From the NCBI GenBank assembly GCA_030603385.1, contig JAUVXW010000014.1, positions 17,402 to 81,401 on the forward strand: DNA of 64,000 nt. Direction: 5' to 3'. Under the pieces are notes generated by a model. That model was not told the DNA's origin, ran no database searches, and saw only the letters and a list, made by a program, of their open reading frames with translations. Position 1 is the stretch's first letter. The number at the start of each line of letters is the position of its first letter. The position numbers and the translations under genes were made by a program. Positions 28,613 through 39,303 of the stretch are shown here, one piece after another. Source of the stretch: Promethearchaeota archaeon. GTDB lineage: Archaea > Asgardarchaeota > Lokiarchaeia > Sigyniarchaeales > SOKP01.

Positions 28613-30193
28613 ATGGTTGATAAAGTAGTACCTTATTTAATTAATGTGGGTGAGGTCACTCCCGCACGGAGTCAAGCTGCAGTATTAAATGAATTGGCAA
28701 TGGCTTTAATTGAATGTATAGGAATTTATAGTAAAAATCTTAAAAAATTGGGAAGATTATCAAAAATCTCAACTGCCTTTTGGCCAGTTCGATTAATCCC
28801 TTTATCTGATACTAGAGCGTGTGTAATGAGTTATCTTTATAATAAACAAGAGAAGTTGAATATAGGGAAATTTGCTAAAATGCCCCCAAGACCAGAAGCG
28901 GTTATTAAAGGAGCAGATCCGGTGAGTTTTCTTAATTCTTTACGGCAATTTAATAATACTTACCTTAAAAGATCTAAAAACTTCAAAAGAGGTTTGGTCA
29001 TTCAAGAGGCTCTCTTTAATACCAATGAAATTGGCTATTTTCAGAACTTCTTCCTTAATCAATACAATTTAAGCGCCCACCCTTCTCCGTATTTTCTACT
29101 CGAAGGGGGTTCGATTTCAAAAAGTGTAAATCAAACTAAAATTGTAAACGACATTCCTGAATATGTAACTCAAAAGGATGTTCATCTTCTTGATACTTTT
29201 GGAGATGCTATTACAAAACTATGTGAAAGATGGATTGAAAAAGGAGGCAAAGATGCTGATAAAATCAGAGATACTAAAGTTGACACAGGTGAAGAAGAAA
29301 AACAATTAGCTATACTTAATAAAGAATTGCAAGCAGAAAAAGAACGAGAAATTGAAAAATCTCCAGAAGAATTGGTAAAAAGTGGTAAATATAAAATCAA
29401 TGACAAAACTGGTGAATTAAATAATAATATCAGCACTCTTAAAGGCAGTGTTGATAGTATGAGGAATGCATTAAATCAAAGAGATCTTTTTTTAACTGAA
29501 GAGGCTTTAAAAGATATTGATTTAAAATATCGAGATTTAGGAAATTCAATTACACGTTATAAAAATGAAATTGCTCAATTAAGGAAAAATGTGCAACGTG
29601 AAATATCTGATCTTGAGAAAACAAAACAACAAAAGTTAAAAGAACTAGAACGCAAAAAAACAGAAGTTGAGAAGCAAATTGAGGCAAAACACTCTGGATT
29701 AAGTAAAGATTTAAGTTCTGCTGAAGGAGTAGTTGCCCAAATTGCAACGGAAAAGCAATCTTCTTTAAATAATATCGAAAGTGTCAAGGATAAAGAAATG
29801 ACAAATGTTCAAAACTTTTTTAATAACTATACTCTAGAGCTAAAAACACAAAATGTTATAGTTGGAATACCAATATACATCTTTTACTTCCTTGATCCTA
29901 ATACAAATAGAACTACTGAAAGAGCGCCGATATTACCAATATTGATAGATAAAGGAAAACCTGTGAAGACAAAAGTTAAAGCAAGTTTTCGGCAAAAACT
30001 TAGAGATTTAATGAATAAAGATAACGCAATGATAGATTTAGTAGAAACTCAAGGTGATAAAAATAATTTAATGGAGATGAAGAACTTAGATAGTCGATTA
30101 GAAGATTCAATTAATGATCTAAGAATTCGAAAAATCCTAAACAAGAGACAAGCTGAAATGGCAAAAGATGTAATTGCTAACTTAATTTGGTAA
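28613..30193 (+). CDS. Hypothetical protein with long central coiled coil
   Basis: 526 aa; heptad-rich E/K/Q/L region at about aa 210-400 between globular-looking termini. Confidence 0.75.
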   Translation: MVDKVVPYLINVGEVTPARSQAAVLNELAMALIECIGIYSKNLKKLGRLSKISTAFWPVRLIPLSDTRACVMSYLYNKQEKLNIGKFAKMPPRPEAVIKGADPVSFLNSLRQFNNTYLKRSKNFKRGLVIQEALFNTNEIGYFQNFFLNQYNLSAHPSPYFLLEGGSISKSVNQTKIVNDIPEYVTQKDVHLLDTFGDAITKLCERWIEKGGKDADKIRDTKVDTGEEEKQLAILNKELQAEKEREIEKSPEELVKSGKYKINDKTGELNNNISTLKGSVDSMRNALNQRDLFLTEEALKDIDLKYRDLGNSITRYKNEIAQLRKNVQREISDLEKTKQQKLKELERKKTEVEKQIEAKHSGLSKDLSSAEGVVAQIATEKQSSLNNIESVKDKEMTNVQNFFNNYTLELKTQNVIVGIPIYIFYFLDPNTNRTTERAPILPILIDKGKPVKTKVKASFRQKLRDLMNKDNAMIDLVETQGDKNNLMEMKNLDSRLEDSINDLRIRKILNKRQAEMAKDVIANLIW

Positions 30194-30239
30194 AAAAATA
30201 TTATTTTTTAAAATCTTTATTTTTATAATTTTCTTGAAT

Positions 30240-30407
30240 TTATGTATATACCATCGTTTTTCCACAACATTCAGGAATAGGTTGATATACACATTCTTCT
30301 GAGCAGCAACATAATAAATATCCATTTTTAAGTATCATAGATTTATCACAGCATTTTGGTACCTCTTGCTCCTTCCCACAAACCGAACAAATTAATTTTT
30401 CTCCCAT
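30240..30407 (-). CDS. 55-aa Cys-rich protein with tandem desulforedoxin/Zn-ribbon-like motifs
   Basis: Not in ORF track: MGEKLICSVCGKEQEVPKCCDKSMILKNGYLLCCCSEECVYQPIPECCGKTMVYT (10 Cys). Confidence 0.75.
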   Translation of the reverse strand: MGEKLICSVCGKEQEVPKCCDKSMILKNGYLLCCCSEECVYQPIPECCGKTMVYT

Positions 30408-30644
30408 TCTTAACATCACTTATTCATTAATTTTATCCAAAGATTCCAAAACAATAAACAAACTAAAATAGTACTATTATTATTTATAATCCTCATGCAA
30501 GAACTATTTGTATAAGGAAGGTAAAATTCATTAAAACTTTGTGAATTATAAGAATTATAATTGTAAGACCTTTCCTTTTAAAAATCTTCAAAAATTATGT
30601 TATATATAAATTATTTTAATTATTCTAAACTTGAGGAGTACAAA

Positions 30645-31898
30645 ATGTCTAAAAAATTAACTTTAAAAAATACATTTAAACTTTATGAAGATGCGCTTAA
30701 ATTAATACCGGGGGCAATTTTAGGAATAAGACGCCCAAGTAATTTTATTGAAGGTGAATATCCGATATTTTTTGAGAAGGCAAAAGGTGGAAAGGTTATT
30801 GATGTTGACGGAAATGAATATATTGATATGTTGTGTGCTTATGGACCAATAATAATTGGACACAGAGAAGAGGAAATTGATAATGAAGTTATAAAACAAA
30901 TCAAAGATAAGGGTTTTTGTATGTCATTGACCCAACCAGTACAAAATAAGTTAGCTCAAAAATTAAAATCATTAATACCCTGTTGTGAAAAGATGGTTTT
31001 TGTTAAAACAGGTTCAGATGCTACAACAACAGGAATTCGAGTTGCTCGAGCATTTACAAAACGTTTTAAAATACTTAGATGCGGATATCATGGATGGCAT
31101 GATTGGGCTATAGGTCATGAACTTTCTGGAGGGATACCTAAGAAACTATTTGAAGATGTGCATGAATTTGAATTTAATAATTTTAATCAAGTAGAAGAGT
31201 TGATGAAAAAATATGGTGATGATGTAGCAGCTATTATTACTACACCTGTTAATCATCCAGGAGGTCATAAAGTAGAGATGCCAAACCCAGGATTTTTAGA
31301 AGGTCTTCGAAAAATTACTAATGAGTATGGTTCTTTATTGATGTTTGATGAAATTCGCACTGGGTTTCGGTTTGATCTAGGAGGAGCACAAAAATTATTT
31401 GGTGTAATACCTGATCTTGCTGCTTTTGGAAAATCAATGGCAAATGGTTATCCTATAAGCTTCCTTGGAGGAAAACAAAAGATTATGGATGTATTGGTCG
31501 AAGAAGTTTTTCTTAGTTCAACTTTTTTCCCTAATAGCTTAGCACAAATTGCGTCACTTAAGACAATAGAGATCTTAGAAAGGGAAAAAGTCTTGGAAAA
31601 TATTAATAAAAAGGGAAATGAATTCGCTAAAAAAGTAATTGACTTGATCGAAGAAAGTGGTGTTCCATGTGTTTTCTCTGGGGGACCTTGGATGCCTTAT
31701 ATTACATTTGAGCATGATCCAAATCTTTTATATAAAAAATTACGTGAGGAATTTTACACACAATTAATTCGTCGTAAAGTTTTTCTTCAACCATTTCACC
31801 ACGGCTATATTTGTTATCGACATACAAATGAAGATTTAGATTTTGCCGCTGATATGATTAGTGAATCTTTAAATGAATGTAAAAAAATGATCAAGTGA
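30645..31898 (+). CDS. kat: 3-aminobutyryl-CoA aminotransferase (Kat; GSA-aminotransferase-like class III)
   Basis: GIRRP.NF..GEYPIFF, LCAYGPIIIG, KTGSDATT, GYHGWHDW, FGKSMANG, VFLSSTFFPNS, QPFHHGYICYRH resemble the recalled Cloacimonas Kat; first gene of the lysine operon; start ATG 30645 after GAGGA. Confidence 0.78.
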   Translation: MSKKLTLKNTFKLYEDALKLIPGAILGIRRPSNFIEGEYPIFFEKAKGGKVIDVDGNEYIDMLCAYGPIIIGHREEEIDNEVIKQIKDKGFCMSLTQPVQNKLAQKLKSLIPCCEKMVFVKTGSDATTTGIRVARAFTKRFKILRCGYHGWHDWAIGHELSGGIPKKLFEDVHEFEFNNFNQVEELMKKYGDDVAAIITTPVNHPGGHKVEMPNPGFLEGLRKITNEYGSLLMFDEIRTGFRFDLGGAQKLFGVIPDLAAFGKSMANGYPISFLGGKQKIMDVLVEEVFLSSTFFPNSLAQIASLKTIEILEREKVLENINKKGNEFAKKVIDLIEESGVPCVFSGGPWMPYITFEHDPNLLYKKLREEFYTQLIRRKVFLQPFHHGYICYRHTNEDLDFAADMISESLNECKKMIK

Positions 31899-33094
31899 AA
31901 AATTCTATGGTTCGGCCATTGGAAGGGATAAAAGTTTTGGATTTATCAAGGGCTTTAGCTGGTCCTTATTGTACAATGATGCTAGCAGATATGGGTGCAG
32001 AAGTAATAAAAATTGAAATACCTGAAAGAGGCGATGATTCTCGAGCATGGGGTCCTCCATTTATCGAAGGAGAAAGCGCCTATTTTATAAGTGTTAATCG
32101 AAACAAAAAGTCCATGACTTTAAACTTAAAGAAGGAGAAATCCGTAGAGATTATTCATAGATTAATTAAACAAGCTGATGTTTTGATTGAAAACTTTCGT
32201 CCTGGTACAATGGAAAAGTTGAGTTTATCCTATGATGAAGTAAAAGAGATAAACCCAAAGATTATATATTGTAGCATATCTGGGTTTGGTCAAGATGGTC
32301 CGTATCGGTTATTGCCTGGTATGGATCAAGTTCTTCAAGGAATGGGTGGATTGATGAGCATTACAGGTGAACCTGATGGTCCTCCCATCAAGGTTGGAGT
32401 AGCTGTTGCCGATATTGCCGGTGGAATGTTCGCGGCATATGGGATAGTAGTAGCACTTTTTAATAGAGAAACGGGCGGTAAAGGACAGATGATTGATCTA
32501 AGTTTGTTAGACTGTCAAGTAGCTTGGTTAACCTATCGAGCTGGTTCTTTCTTTGCATCAGGAGAAATTCCAAAACCATTAGGCTCTGGTCACCCTGTTA
32601 TTGTTCCTTACCAAGCATTTAAAGCTAAAGATGTATATGTTAATGTTGCTGCTGGTAATGATCAATTATGGCAAAAATTTTGTAAAGCTCTTGGATTGGA
32701 AAATATAATGAATGAACAGCGATTTGCTACAAATGCTATGCGGGTTAAAAATAGGGAAGAAATAATTGAAATTATCGGAGATGTAATTTGCACTAAAAAA
32801 GCTGATGAATGGCTTAAAATCTTGACTGAAGCGGGGGTACCATGTGGTCCTATCTATAATATGGATAAGATTTTTAGTGACCCTCAAGTATTACACAGGG
32901 AAATGGTAAAGGAACTTGAACATCCGACAGCAGGAAAAGTCAAAGTAACTGGAATTCCAATCAAATTATCTAATACACCTGGAGAAATCCTCAAAGCACC
33001 ACCAGTTTTAGGACAACATACAAAAGAAATCCTCTCTGAATTAGGATTTAAAGAAATTGAAATTGAGAAATTGTATGAGGAAAAAGTAATTTAA
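31895..33094 (+). CDS. CaiB/BaiF family III CoA-transferase
   Basis: LDLSRALAGPYCTMMLADMGAEVIKIE, NRNKKS, ENFRPG, SISGFGQDGPY, D..LQGMGGLMSITG. Confidence 0.9.
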   Translation: MKNSMVRPLEGIKVLDLSRALAGPYCTMMLADMGAEVIKIEIPERGDDSRAWGPPFIEGESAYFISVNRNKKSMTLNLKKEKSVEIIHRLIKQADVLIENFRPGTMEKLSLSYDEVKEINPKIIYCSISGFGQDGPYRLLPGMDQVLQGMGGLMSITGEPDGPPIKVGVAVADIAGGMFAAYGIVVALFNRETGGKGQMIDLSLLDCQVAWLTYRAGSFFASGEIPKPLGSGHPVIVPYQAFKAKDVYVNVAAGNDQLWQKFCKALGLENIMNEQRFATNAMRVKNREEIIEIIGDVICTKKADEWLKILTEAGVPCGPIYNMDKIFSDPQVLHREMVKELEHPTAGKVKVTGIPIKLSNTPGEILKAPPVLGQHTKEILSELGFKEIEIEKLYEEKVI

Positions 33095-33134
33095 TTTATC
33101 TGAATTTTTTAAAAGCTAATTGGGATGTATTATA

Positions 33135-33959
33135 TTGGATAAGCTAATTATTACTGCTGCTATTTGTGGTGCGGAAGTTACCAAAGAAATTAATAGTAAT
33201 GTACCATATACAGTAGAAGAAATCGGGAGAGAAGCAGAGTCTGCATATTATGCAGGTGCTAGCATAATCCATCTACATGTTAGAGAAGATGATGGGACTC
33301 CCACTCAAGATATAAAAAGGTTCAAGGTGTGCACAGAAGAAATTAAAGAAAGATGCCCAGACGTTATTATTCAACCGTCTACTGGTGGCGCAATTGGAAT
33401 GACGAACAAGGAAAGGTTACAGCCAATTTATTTAGATCCACCTCCTGAAATGGCAACTTTAGATTGTGGAACGATGAATTTTGGAGGGGATGAAATTTTT
33501 GTAAATACTGAAAATGCTATTATCTATTTTGCTGAAGAAATGAATCGTTTAGGGATAAAATATGAATTAGAATGTTTTGATAAAGGAATGATTGATATGG
33601 TGATGCGATTACATGATAAGGGATATATTAAGGCCCCTATGCATTTCAACTTTGTACTAGGTGTTGTTGGAGGAATTGGTGCTACAGCACGTGACTTAGA
33701 GTTTCTCATTGGGAGTATTCCAAAAGATTCAACTTATACTGTTTGCGCAATTGGTAAGCATGAATTTCCAATGGTCTCATTATCAATTAAAAAAGGAGGG
33801 CACGCTAGGGTAGGCTTTGAGGATAATGTATATCTCTCGAAGGGCGTATTAGCAAAATCGAATGGAGAATTAGTGGAAAAAGTGGTTAGTATTGCAAATG
33901 AATTTAGAAGAGATATTGCATCTCCGAATGAAGCACGAAAAATCCTAGGTATATTATAG
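33135..33959 (+). CDS. kce: 3-keto-5-aminohexanoate cleavage enzyme
   Basis: KLIITAAICGAEVTK, IIHLHVR, QPSTGG, LDCGTMNFG, RVGFEDN; likely TTG start 33135. Confidence 0.92.
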   Translation: MDKLIITAAICGAEVTKEINSNVPYTVEEIGREAESAYYAGASIIHLHVREDDGTPTQDIKRFKVCTEEIKERCPDVIIQPSTGGAIGMTNKERLQPIYLDPPPEMATLDCGTMNFGGDEIFVNTENAIIYFAEEMNRLGIKYELECFDKGMIDMVMRLHDKGYIKAPMHFNFVLGVVGGIGATARDLEFLIGSIPKDSTYTVCAIGKHEFPMVSLSIKKGGHARVGFEDNVYLSKGVLAKSNGELVEKVVSIANEFRRDIASPNEARKILGIL

Positions 33960-33989
33960 TCAAATTAAATAGAAAAATAAAAGGTAATT

Positions 33990-34697
33990 ATGTATAAGGA
34001 ATTAGCAAAATATTATGATTTAATTTATTCTTGGAAGGATTATAAAAAGGAATCTAAGAAAATCAATAAATTAATTAAAAAATATAAGAAATCCGATGGG
34101 AATAAGTTACTTGATGTAGGATGTGGAACAGGAAAGCATCTAGAATATATTAAAGAAAACTTCTCCTGTACAGGTATTGATTTGAATGAAGAAATGATAG
34201 GTGTTGCAAAAAATAATATTAGTGATGTAGATTTCAAACCAGCAGATATGATAAATTTTGATTTAAATGATAAATTTGATGTAATAACCTGTCTGTTTAG
34301 TTCAATTGGATATTTAAAAACCTATGATAATTTAGAAAAAACCATTTTAAACTTTGCGAAACATTTAAAAACTGGTGGGGTTGTAATCATTGAACCATGG
34401 TTTACTAAATCTACGTATATGGTGGGACATCTTGGAATGACTACTTATGATGGAGAAGACATTAAGATTGCTAGATTAAATACAACAGCATTAGATAACG
34501 ATCTATCAGTTATGGAAATGCATTATTTAATTGTTGAAAGAGATAAAGATGTAAAATATTTTGTTGATAAGCATGAAGTAGGGCTTTTTGAGATAGACAA
34601 GTTCTTAGAAATAATGATTAATGCGAGTTTTAAAGCAGAGTTTTTAAAAGATGGGTTAATGAAAGAAAGAGGTCTGTATATAGGTATAAAATCATAA
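33990..34697 (+). CDS. Class I SAM-dependent methyltransferase (TylM1/DesVI-like)
   Basis: YYDLIY..KDY, LLDVGCGTGKHL, DM..F.L...FDVITCLFSSIG, HLKTGGVVIIEPW. Confidence 0.85.
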   Translation: MYKELAKYYDLIYSWKDYKKESKKINKLIKKYKKSDGNKLLDVGCGTGKHLEYIKENFSCTGIDLNEEMIGVAKNNISDVDFKPADMINFDLNDKFDVITCLFSSIGYLKTYDNLEKTILNFAKHLKTGGVVIIEPWFTKSTYMVGHLGMTTYDGEDIKIARLNTTALDNDLSVMEMHYLIVERDKDVKYFVDKHEVGLFEIDKFLEIMINASFKAEFLKDGLMKERGLYIGIKS

Positions 34698-34733
34698 AAA
34701 ATATAATATATAACATGATGAAAAGAGATTATT

Positions 34734-35777
34734 ATGAAAAAAGGAAATAAATATGGAACTCATAGAGTTATTCTTCCTAAAGGAGCACTTCCACAACCTG
34801 CATTAAAAATATCAAACGATATGGAGATTTTTGATAATGAAATTTTAATCGATGTAGACTACCTCAATATTGATTCTGCTAGTTTTACGCAACTCAAAGA
34901 AGAAGCGAAAGGAGATATCGAAAAGGTTAAAACGAAAATAATGGAAATTGTAAATGAAAGGGGTAAAATGCAAAATCCGGTGACTGGTTCTGGTGGAATG
35001 CTTATTGGAAAAGTGGAGAAAATTGGAGATTCATTGAAGGGTAAGGTCAAAATAAAAGAAGGAGATAAGATTGCCACATTAGTTTCACTTTCCTTGACAC
35101 CACTACGAATTGACAAAATTCTGGATGTTAACCCAAATATCGATAGAGTAGAAATTGATGGAAAAGCAATTCTTTTTGAAAGTGGTATCTATGCAAAACT
35201 TCCTGAAGATATGGAGGATACATTAGCATTGGCAGTTTTGGATGTAGCAGGAGCACCAGCTCAAGTCAAAAATTTAGTGAAATCAGGTAATACAGTTCTA
35301 ATCTTAGGAGCAACAGGTAAGTCTGGATTAATGTGTTCTTATGTTGCTAAGAAGCTAGTTGGCAATAATGGGAAGGTTATCGGTCAAGCGAGAAATGAAA
35401 AAAGGGCAGTATTTTTGCGCGATACTGATTTTTGTCATGAAGTAATAATTGCTGATGTTTATGAGCCCACAGATGTACTAAAAAAGACTTTAGAAGTAAA
35501 TAATGGAAATGAGGTCGACATTTCAATAAATTGTCTAAGTATTCCTAATACCGAATTATCTTGCATTCTTCCTGTTAGAGATGGGGGGATTGTATATTTC
35601 TTTTCCATGGCTACTAGCTTCACTAAAGCTGCACTTGGAGCAGAGGGTGTAGGAAAAGATGTATCGATGATTATAGGTAATGGTTACACAAAAAATCATG
35701 ACCAAATAGCATTAGATATACTAAGGGAATCAAATGTCTTAAGGAAAATATTTGAAGATAAATACGTAAAAAAGTGA
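34734..35777 (+). CDS. kdd: L-erythro-3,5-diaminohexanoate dehydrogenase
   Basis: GNKYGTHRV, LPQPA, LNIDSASF, RGKMQNPVTGSGGML, TLVSLSLTPL, FFSMATSFTKAALGAEG. Confidence 0.93.
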   Translation: MKKGNKYGTHRVILPKGALPQPALKISNDMEIFDNEILIDVDYLNIDSASFTQLKEEAKGDIEKVKTKIMEIVNERGKMQNPVTGSGGMLIGKVEKIGDSLKGKVKIKEGDKIATLVSLSLTPLRIDKILDVNPNIDRVEIDGKAILFESGIYAKLPEDMEDTLALAVLDVAGAPAQVKNLVKSGNTVLILGATGKSGLMCSYVAKKLVGNNGKVIGQARNEKRAVFLRDTDFCHEVIIADVYEPTDVLKKTLEVNNGNEVDISINCLSIPNTELSCILPVRDGGIVYFFSMATSFTKAALGAEGVGKDVSMIIGNGYTKNHDQIALDILRESNVLRKIFEDKYVKK

Positions 35778-35864
35778 TGGTGTAAATCATCAAATTAAAC
35801 AAAATTTTTAGTTTAGGAAATCTTTATTTTAATTAGATTCGAATTAGAGTTTAAATTTATTATT

Positions 35865-37103
35865 ATGAAAGTTAGTAGACGAAAGGAAATATTTTCTCAT
35901 GTAAATGATGAGGATTGGAATGATTGGAAATGGCAAGTTAAAAATAGAATAACGACGTTAGAAGAACTTAAAAAGTGTATCAAATTGACCAAAGAGGAAG
36001 ACGATCCTAGAATCTTACAAGAATATAGGATGGCAATTACCCCCTATTATCTATCCTTAATCGATCCCGATGATCCTTATGATCCTGTTAGAAAACAAGC
36101 AATTCCAACAAATCTTGAATTAGTAAGATATACTGGAGACCTTGAAGATCCACTTAGTGAGGATGTTGATTCTCCTGTTGAGGGGTTAACTCATCGTTAT
36201 CCTGATAGAGTACTCTTGTTAGTTAGTGAAACTTGCTCCATGTATTGCAGACATTGTACACGAAGACGATTTGCTGGCCATCACGATATGGCTCCTCCAC
36301 AGTCACAAATAGATGCTTGTATAGAATATATAAAAGACACTCCCACCATAAGAGATGTTCTTTTGTCTGGAGGAGATGCTTTATTAGTATCTGATAAAAA
36401 ATTGGAGGATATTTTAAAAAAATTGAAAGAAATACCTCATGTAGAAATAATACGAATTGGTTCTAGAGCACCAGTAACAAATCCATTCCGAATCACTCCA
36501 GAATTATGTGAAATGCTTAAAAAATATCAACCTATATGGTTTAATACACACTTTAATCACTCAAATGAAATCACGGAAGATTCTACGAAAGCATGTGAGA
36601 TGTTAGCCGATGCTGGAATTCCACTTGGCAACCAATCAGTATTATTAAGGGGTGTCAATGACTGTATACATATCATGAAAAAGTTAGTTCAGGATTTAGT
36701 AAAGATTAGAGTAAGACCTTATTACCTTTATCAATGTGATCTTTCTTTAGGACTTGGGCATTTTAGAACCAGTGTAGCTCAAGGTATTGAAATCATTGAA
36801 GGACTGAGAGGTCATACTTCGGGATTATGTGTTCCAACTTTCGTTGTTGATGCTCCTGGTGGAGGTGGAAAAATTCCTGTGATGCCGGATTATACTATCT
36901 CGCAAGGAAATACTCGTGTTGTATTGAGAAACTTTGAAGGTGTCATAACAACCTATGAGGAACCAGCAGATTACATACCTAATTGTCATTGTGAAGACTG
37001 TGAAAAACAAATCGGAGTTAGTGCTTTATTGAGTGGTCAAAAAATGACGATTGAACCAGAAGATCTTGTAAGAAAGATAAGAAGGGAAAAACTTAGTAAA
37101 TAA
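35865..37103 (+). CDS. kamA: L-lysine 2,3-aminomutase (radical SAM/PLP)
   Basis: [51 protein letters not shown]. Confidence 0.96.
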   Translation: MKVSRRKEIFSHVNDEDWNDWKWQVKNRITTLEELKKCIKLTKEEDDPRILQEYRMAITPYYLSLIDPDDPYDPVRKQAIPTNLELVRYTGDLEDPLSEDVDSPVEGLTHRYPDRVLLLVSETCSMYCRHCTRRRFAGHHDMAPPQSQIDACIEYIKDTPTIRDVLLSGGDALLVSDKKLEDILKKLKEIPHVEIIRIGSRAPVTNPFRITPELCEMLKKYQPIWFNTHFNHSNEITEDSTKACEMLADAGIPLGNQSVLLRGVNDCIHIMKKLVQDLVKIRVRPYYLYQCDLSLGLGHFRTSVAQGIEIIEGLRGHTSGLCVPTFVVDAPGGGGKIPVMPDYTISQGNTRVVLRNFEGVITTYEEPADYIPNCHCEDCEKQIGVSALLSGQKMTIEPEDLVRKIRREKLSK

Positions 37104-37134
37104 TGGATAAAAATATAAATATTTCCCAGTTTTC

Positions 37135-37554
37135 TTAAATAATTCTTTTTTGGTTTTCGAGCAGGCTAATTTTTTCTTGAATGCTGATAAATTGATTGGA
37201 TTTATATCTTCCAACCATTTCTTTCCAGATTGACCTATATTTATAAAAATATTCTGAGATTTCAAGTGGATCTCCAAATAATACATAATATGATTCAATT
37301 ATTTCAATTTTTAAAAAAAGAGGTAAGAGTTCAAAAATTTTTATATCATAACTGGGGGTGATTTTTTCTAATAAAGACAACCACAATTTTGAATTACTCT
37401 CTTTATCTTTAACTTTTGTGATTATAGCAACATCCACGTCAGATCGATTTAAGATAAAATTACCCTTAACAAAACTTCCATAAAGAACAGTCCAATAATT
37501 ATTACAAAAATCTAAATTTTTCTTAATTTTAAGCATTGAATTTGATTTTTTCAC
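37135..37554 (-). CDS. MNT/MntA-type nucleotidyltransferase antitoxin
   Basis: VLYGSFVKG....RSDVDVAII; YDIKIFELLP. Confidence 0.8.
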   Translation of the reverse strand: MKKSNSMLKIKKNLDFCNNYWTVLYGSFVKGNFILNRSDVDVAIITKVKDKESNSKLWLSLLEKITPSYDIKIFELLPLFLKIEIIESYYVLFGDPLEISEYFYKYRSIWKEMVGRYKSNQFISIQEKISLLENQKRII

Positions 37555-37942
37555 TAATAATCACTTCCACTTCTTTTGCAAAAGTTATTAGCGTCTCTAC
37601 AACTCTATTCTTATTTTGAAATACAATTTCTTCTTCTATCTTGTTATATTTATATACAAGAACATTTCTTAAACCATTCCATTTACGTAGTTCATTAATA
37701 AGTCCCGGTGTAAATATGGATAATTTTTCTATTTCGTCTAAATTTGAATAGTCATCTTTAACAGTTATACCTAAGTCTTTACATAGCATCGCAACAACAT
37801 CCATAGACGCATCAATAGAAATTTGAAGACGATAAAACAAGGCATCGAGAAAAAACTTATTATCATCTAACTTTTCTGGTAAAACAGTAATCTTATCAAT
37901 GATAAACTCTAATTTTCTTTTATACTGTTCTATGCGATTCAT
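37529..37942 (-). CDS. DUF86/HepT-like HEPN toxin, catalytic His replaced by Tyr
   Basis: ALFYRLQISIDASMD, DDYSN, NGLRNVLVYKY (canonical Rx4HxY). Confidence 0.8.
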   Translation of the reverse strand: MNRIEQYKRKLEFIIDKITVLPEKLDDNKFFLDALFYRLQISIDASMDVVAMLCKDLGITVKDDYSNLDEIEKLSIFTPGLINELRKWNGLRNVLVYKYNKIEEEIVFQNKNRVVETLITFAKEVEVIISEKIKFNA

Positions 37943-38268
37943 TATATTAATTTTTGCGTTTTTCTCTATTAATATTTACTGTTTTTATGTGATATATATC
38001 AAATTAATTTCAATTAGGAAATATTAGTTTTAATTAATTAAATACATATATTGAACTAGAAGAGTCATTTATCTGGATGCTAATATGAAGAATATTACTT
38101 ACTAGAAAAATATACTTCTTTTACTTAAGTAGGCAAGTTAGACTACAATTATTAATTGATATATCTAACTAATTTTTTTAAAAATATATCTCTAATTGTA
38201 TCTCAACATCACAATGTTCTTAATTTTTATCAATTTTTAATAGATTGATTGATTATTCATAATATAAA

Positions 38269-39303
38269 ATGACTTTCATAGAAGAATTTATCAAGAAGAC
38301 CAGAGAATATATAGTTATTTCCATTATAGGTTTAGCTAAAAACGTCAGTAAGACTACTACATTAAATTTTCTTATTTCAAATCTTACAGAAAAATATAAG
38401 CTTGGTTTAACCTCTATCGGTAGAGATGGAGAAAAATATGATGTTATTACTGAACTACCAAAACCTCGAATCTATGTTAAGGCAGGGACTTATGTTGTAA
38501 CAGCAAAACATTGTTTTGAAGTTAGTAAAATAAAATTTGAGATAATTAAAAATACAGGATTTAATACACCTTTAGGAGAGATTATGATTTTAAAGGCTGT
38601 AAGTGAAGGGTTCATTGAACTAGCTGGCCCCTCAATAAATAAACATTTGTTTAAAATCTGCTCAGATTTAAAAAGCTTAGGATGTGATCTTATTTTAGTG
38701 GATGGAGCATTTGATAGAAGATCATATGCTACACCTTTAATTTCAGATGCTACTATACTATCAACTGGTGCTTCTGTATCAAGAAATATGAATGAAGTCA
38801 TTGATTTAACAATTCATACAATTAAGTTATTAAATTTAGAGCAGGAGAAAAATTTAAAAATCAAAGAGCTTTCTAAAAATGTTTTAAAAAAGTCAAAAGT
38901 GAGCATTATTGATAAAGCCTATTCAGTAAATTCTTTAAATGTAGTAACTGCGTTAGATGCCGCGGAGGAAATCATTCAAAATTTAAAAGACGATTCTCAA
39001 TATGTTCTAATAAATGGTGCTGTGACAGATAAACTATTAGAAGATCTAATGAAATCCACACAAAAATATAAAGGAATTACTTTTATTGTGGAAGATGGTA
39101 CAAAATTATTTTTAAGTCAAAAAACAACAAAAAAATTTCTCAAAAAGGGTGGGATTCTAAAGGTTTTAAACCCTATAAATATAATTGCAATAACGATAAA
39201 TCCAACTTCTCCGTATGGATATAAATTTGATAAAGATAAATTTTTAAAATCATTACAAGAGGAATTAAAAATTCCTGTTTATAACCTTGGAGTAAATGAT
39301 TAA
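38269..39303 (+). CDS. kamB: KamB-like lysine 5,6-aminomutase reactivase subunit
   Basis: ISIIGLAKNVSKTTTLN, TSIGRDGE..D.IT..PKP, TPLGEI, LAGPS, VDGAFDR, LSTGA; lies directly before kamDE. Confidence 0.7.
   Translation: MTFIEEFIKKTREYIVISIIGLAKNVSKTTTLNFLISNLTEKYKLGLTSIGRDGEKYDVITELPKPRIYVKAGTYVVTAKHCFEVSKIKFEIIKNTGFNTPLGEIMILKAVSEGFIELAGPSINKHLFKICSDLKSLGCDLILVDGAFDRRSYATPLISDATILSTGASVSRNMNEVIDLTIHTIKLLNLEQEKNLKIKELSKNVLKKSKVSIIDKAYSVNSLNVVTALDAAEEIIQNLKDDSQYVLINGAVTDKLLEDLMKSTQKYKGITFIVEDGTKLFLSQKTTKKFLKKGGILKVLNPINIIAITINPTSPYGYKFDKDKFLKSLQEELKIPVYNLGVND

Noticed and set aside
30645-31898. Annotation as glutamate-1-semialdehyde aminomutase (hemL)
   Set aside because: It lacks the GGVNSPVR motif, and both sequence and operon context fit Kat.
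38055-38105. Short VIYLDAN peptide resembling a PIN-domain start
   Set aside because: Too short, and lacks a start codon and downstream similarity.
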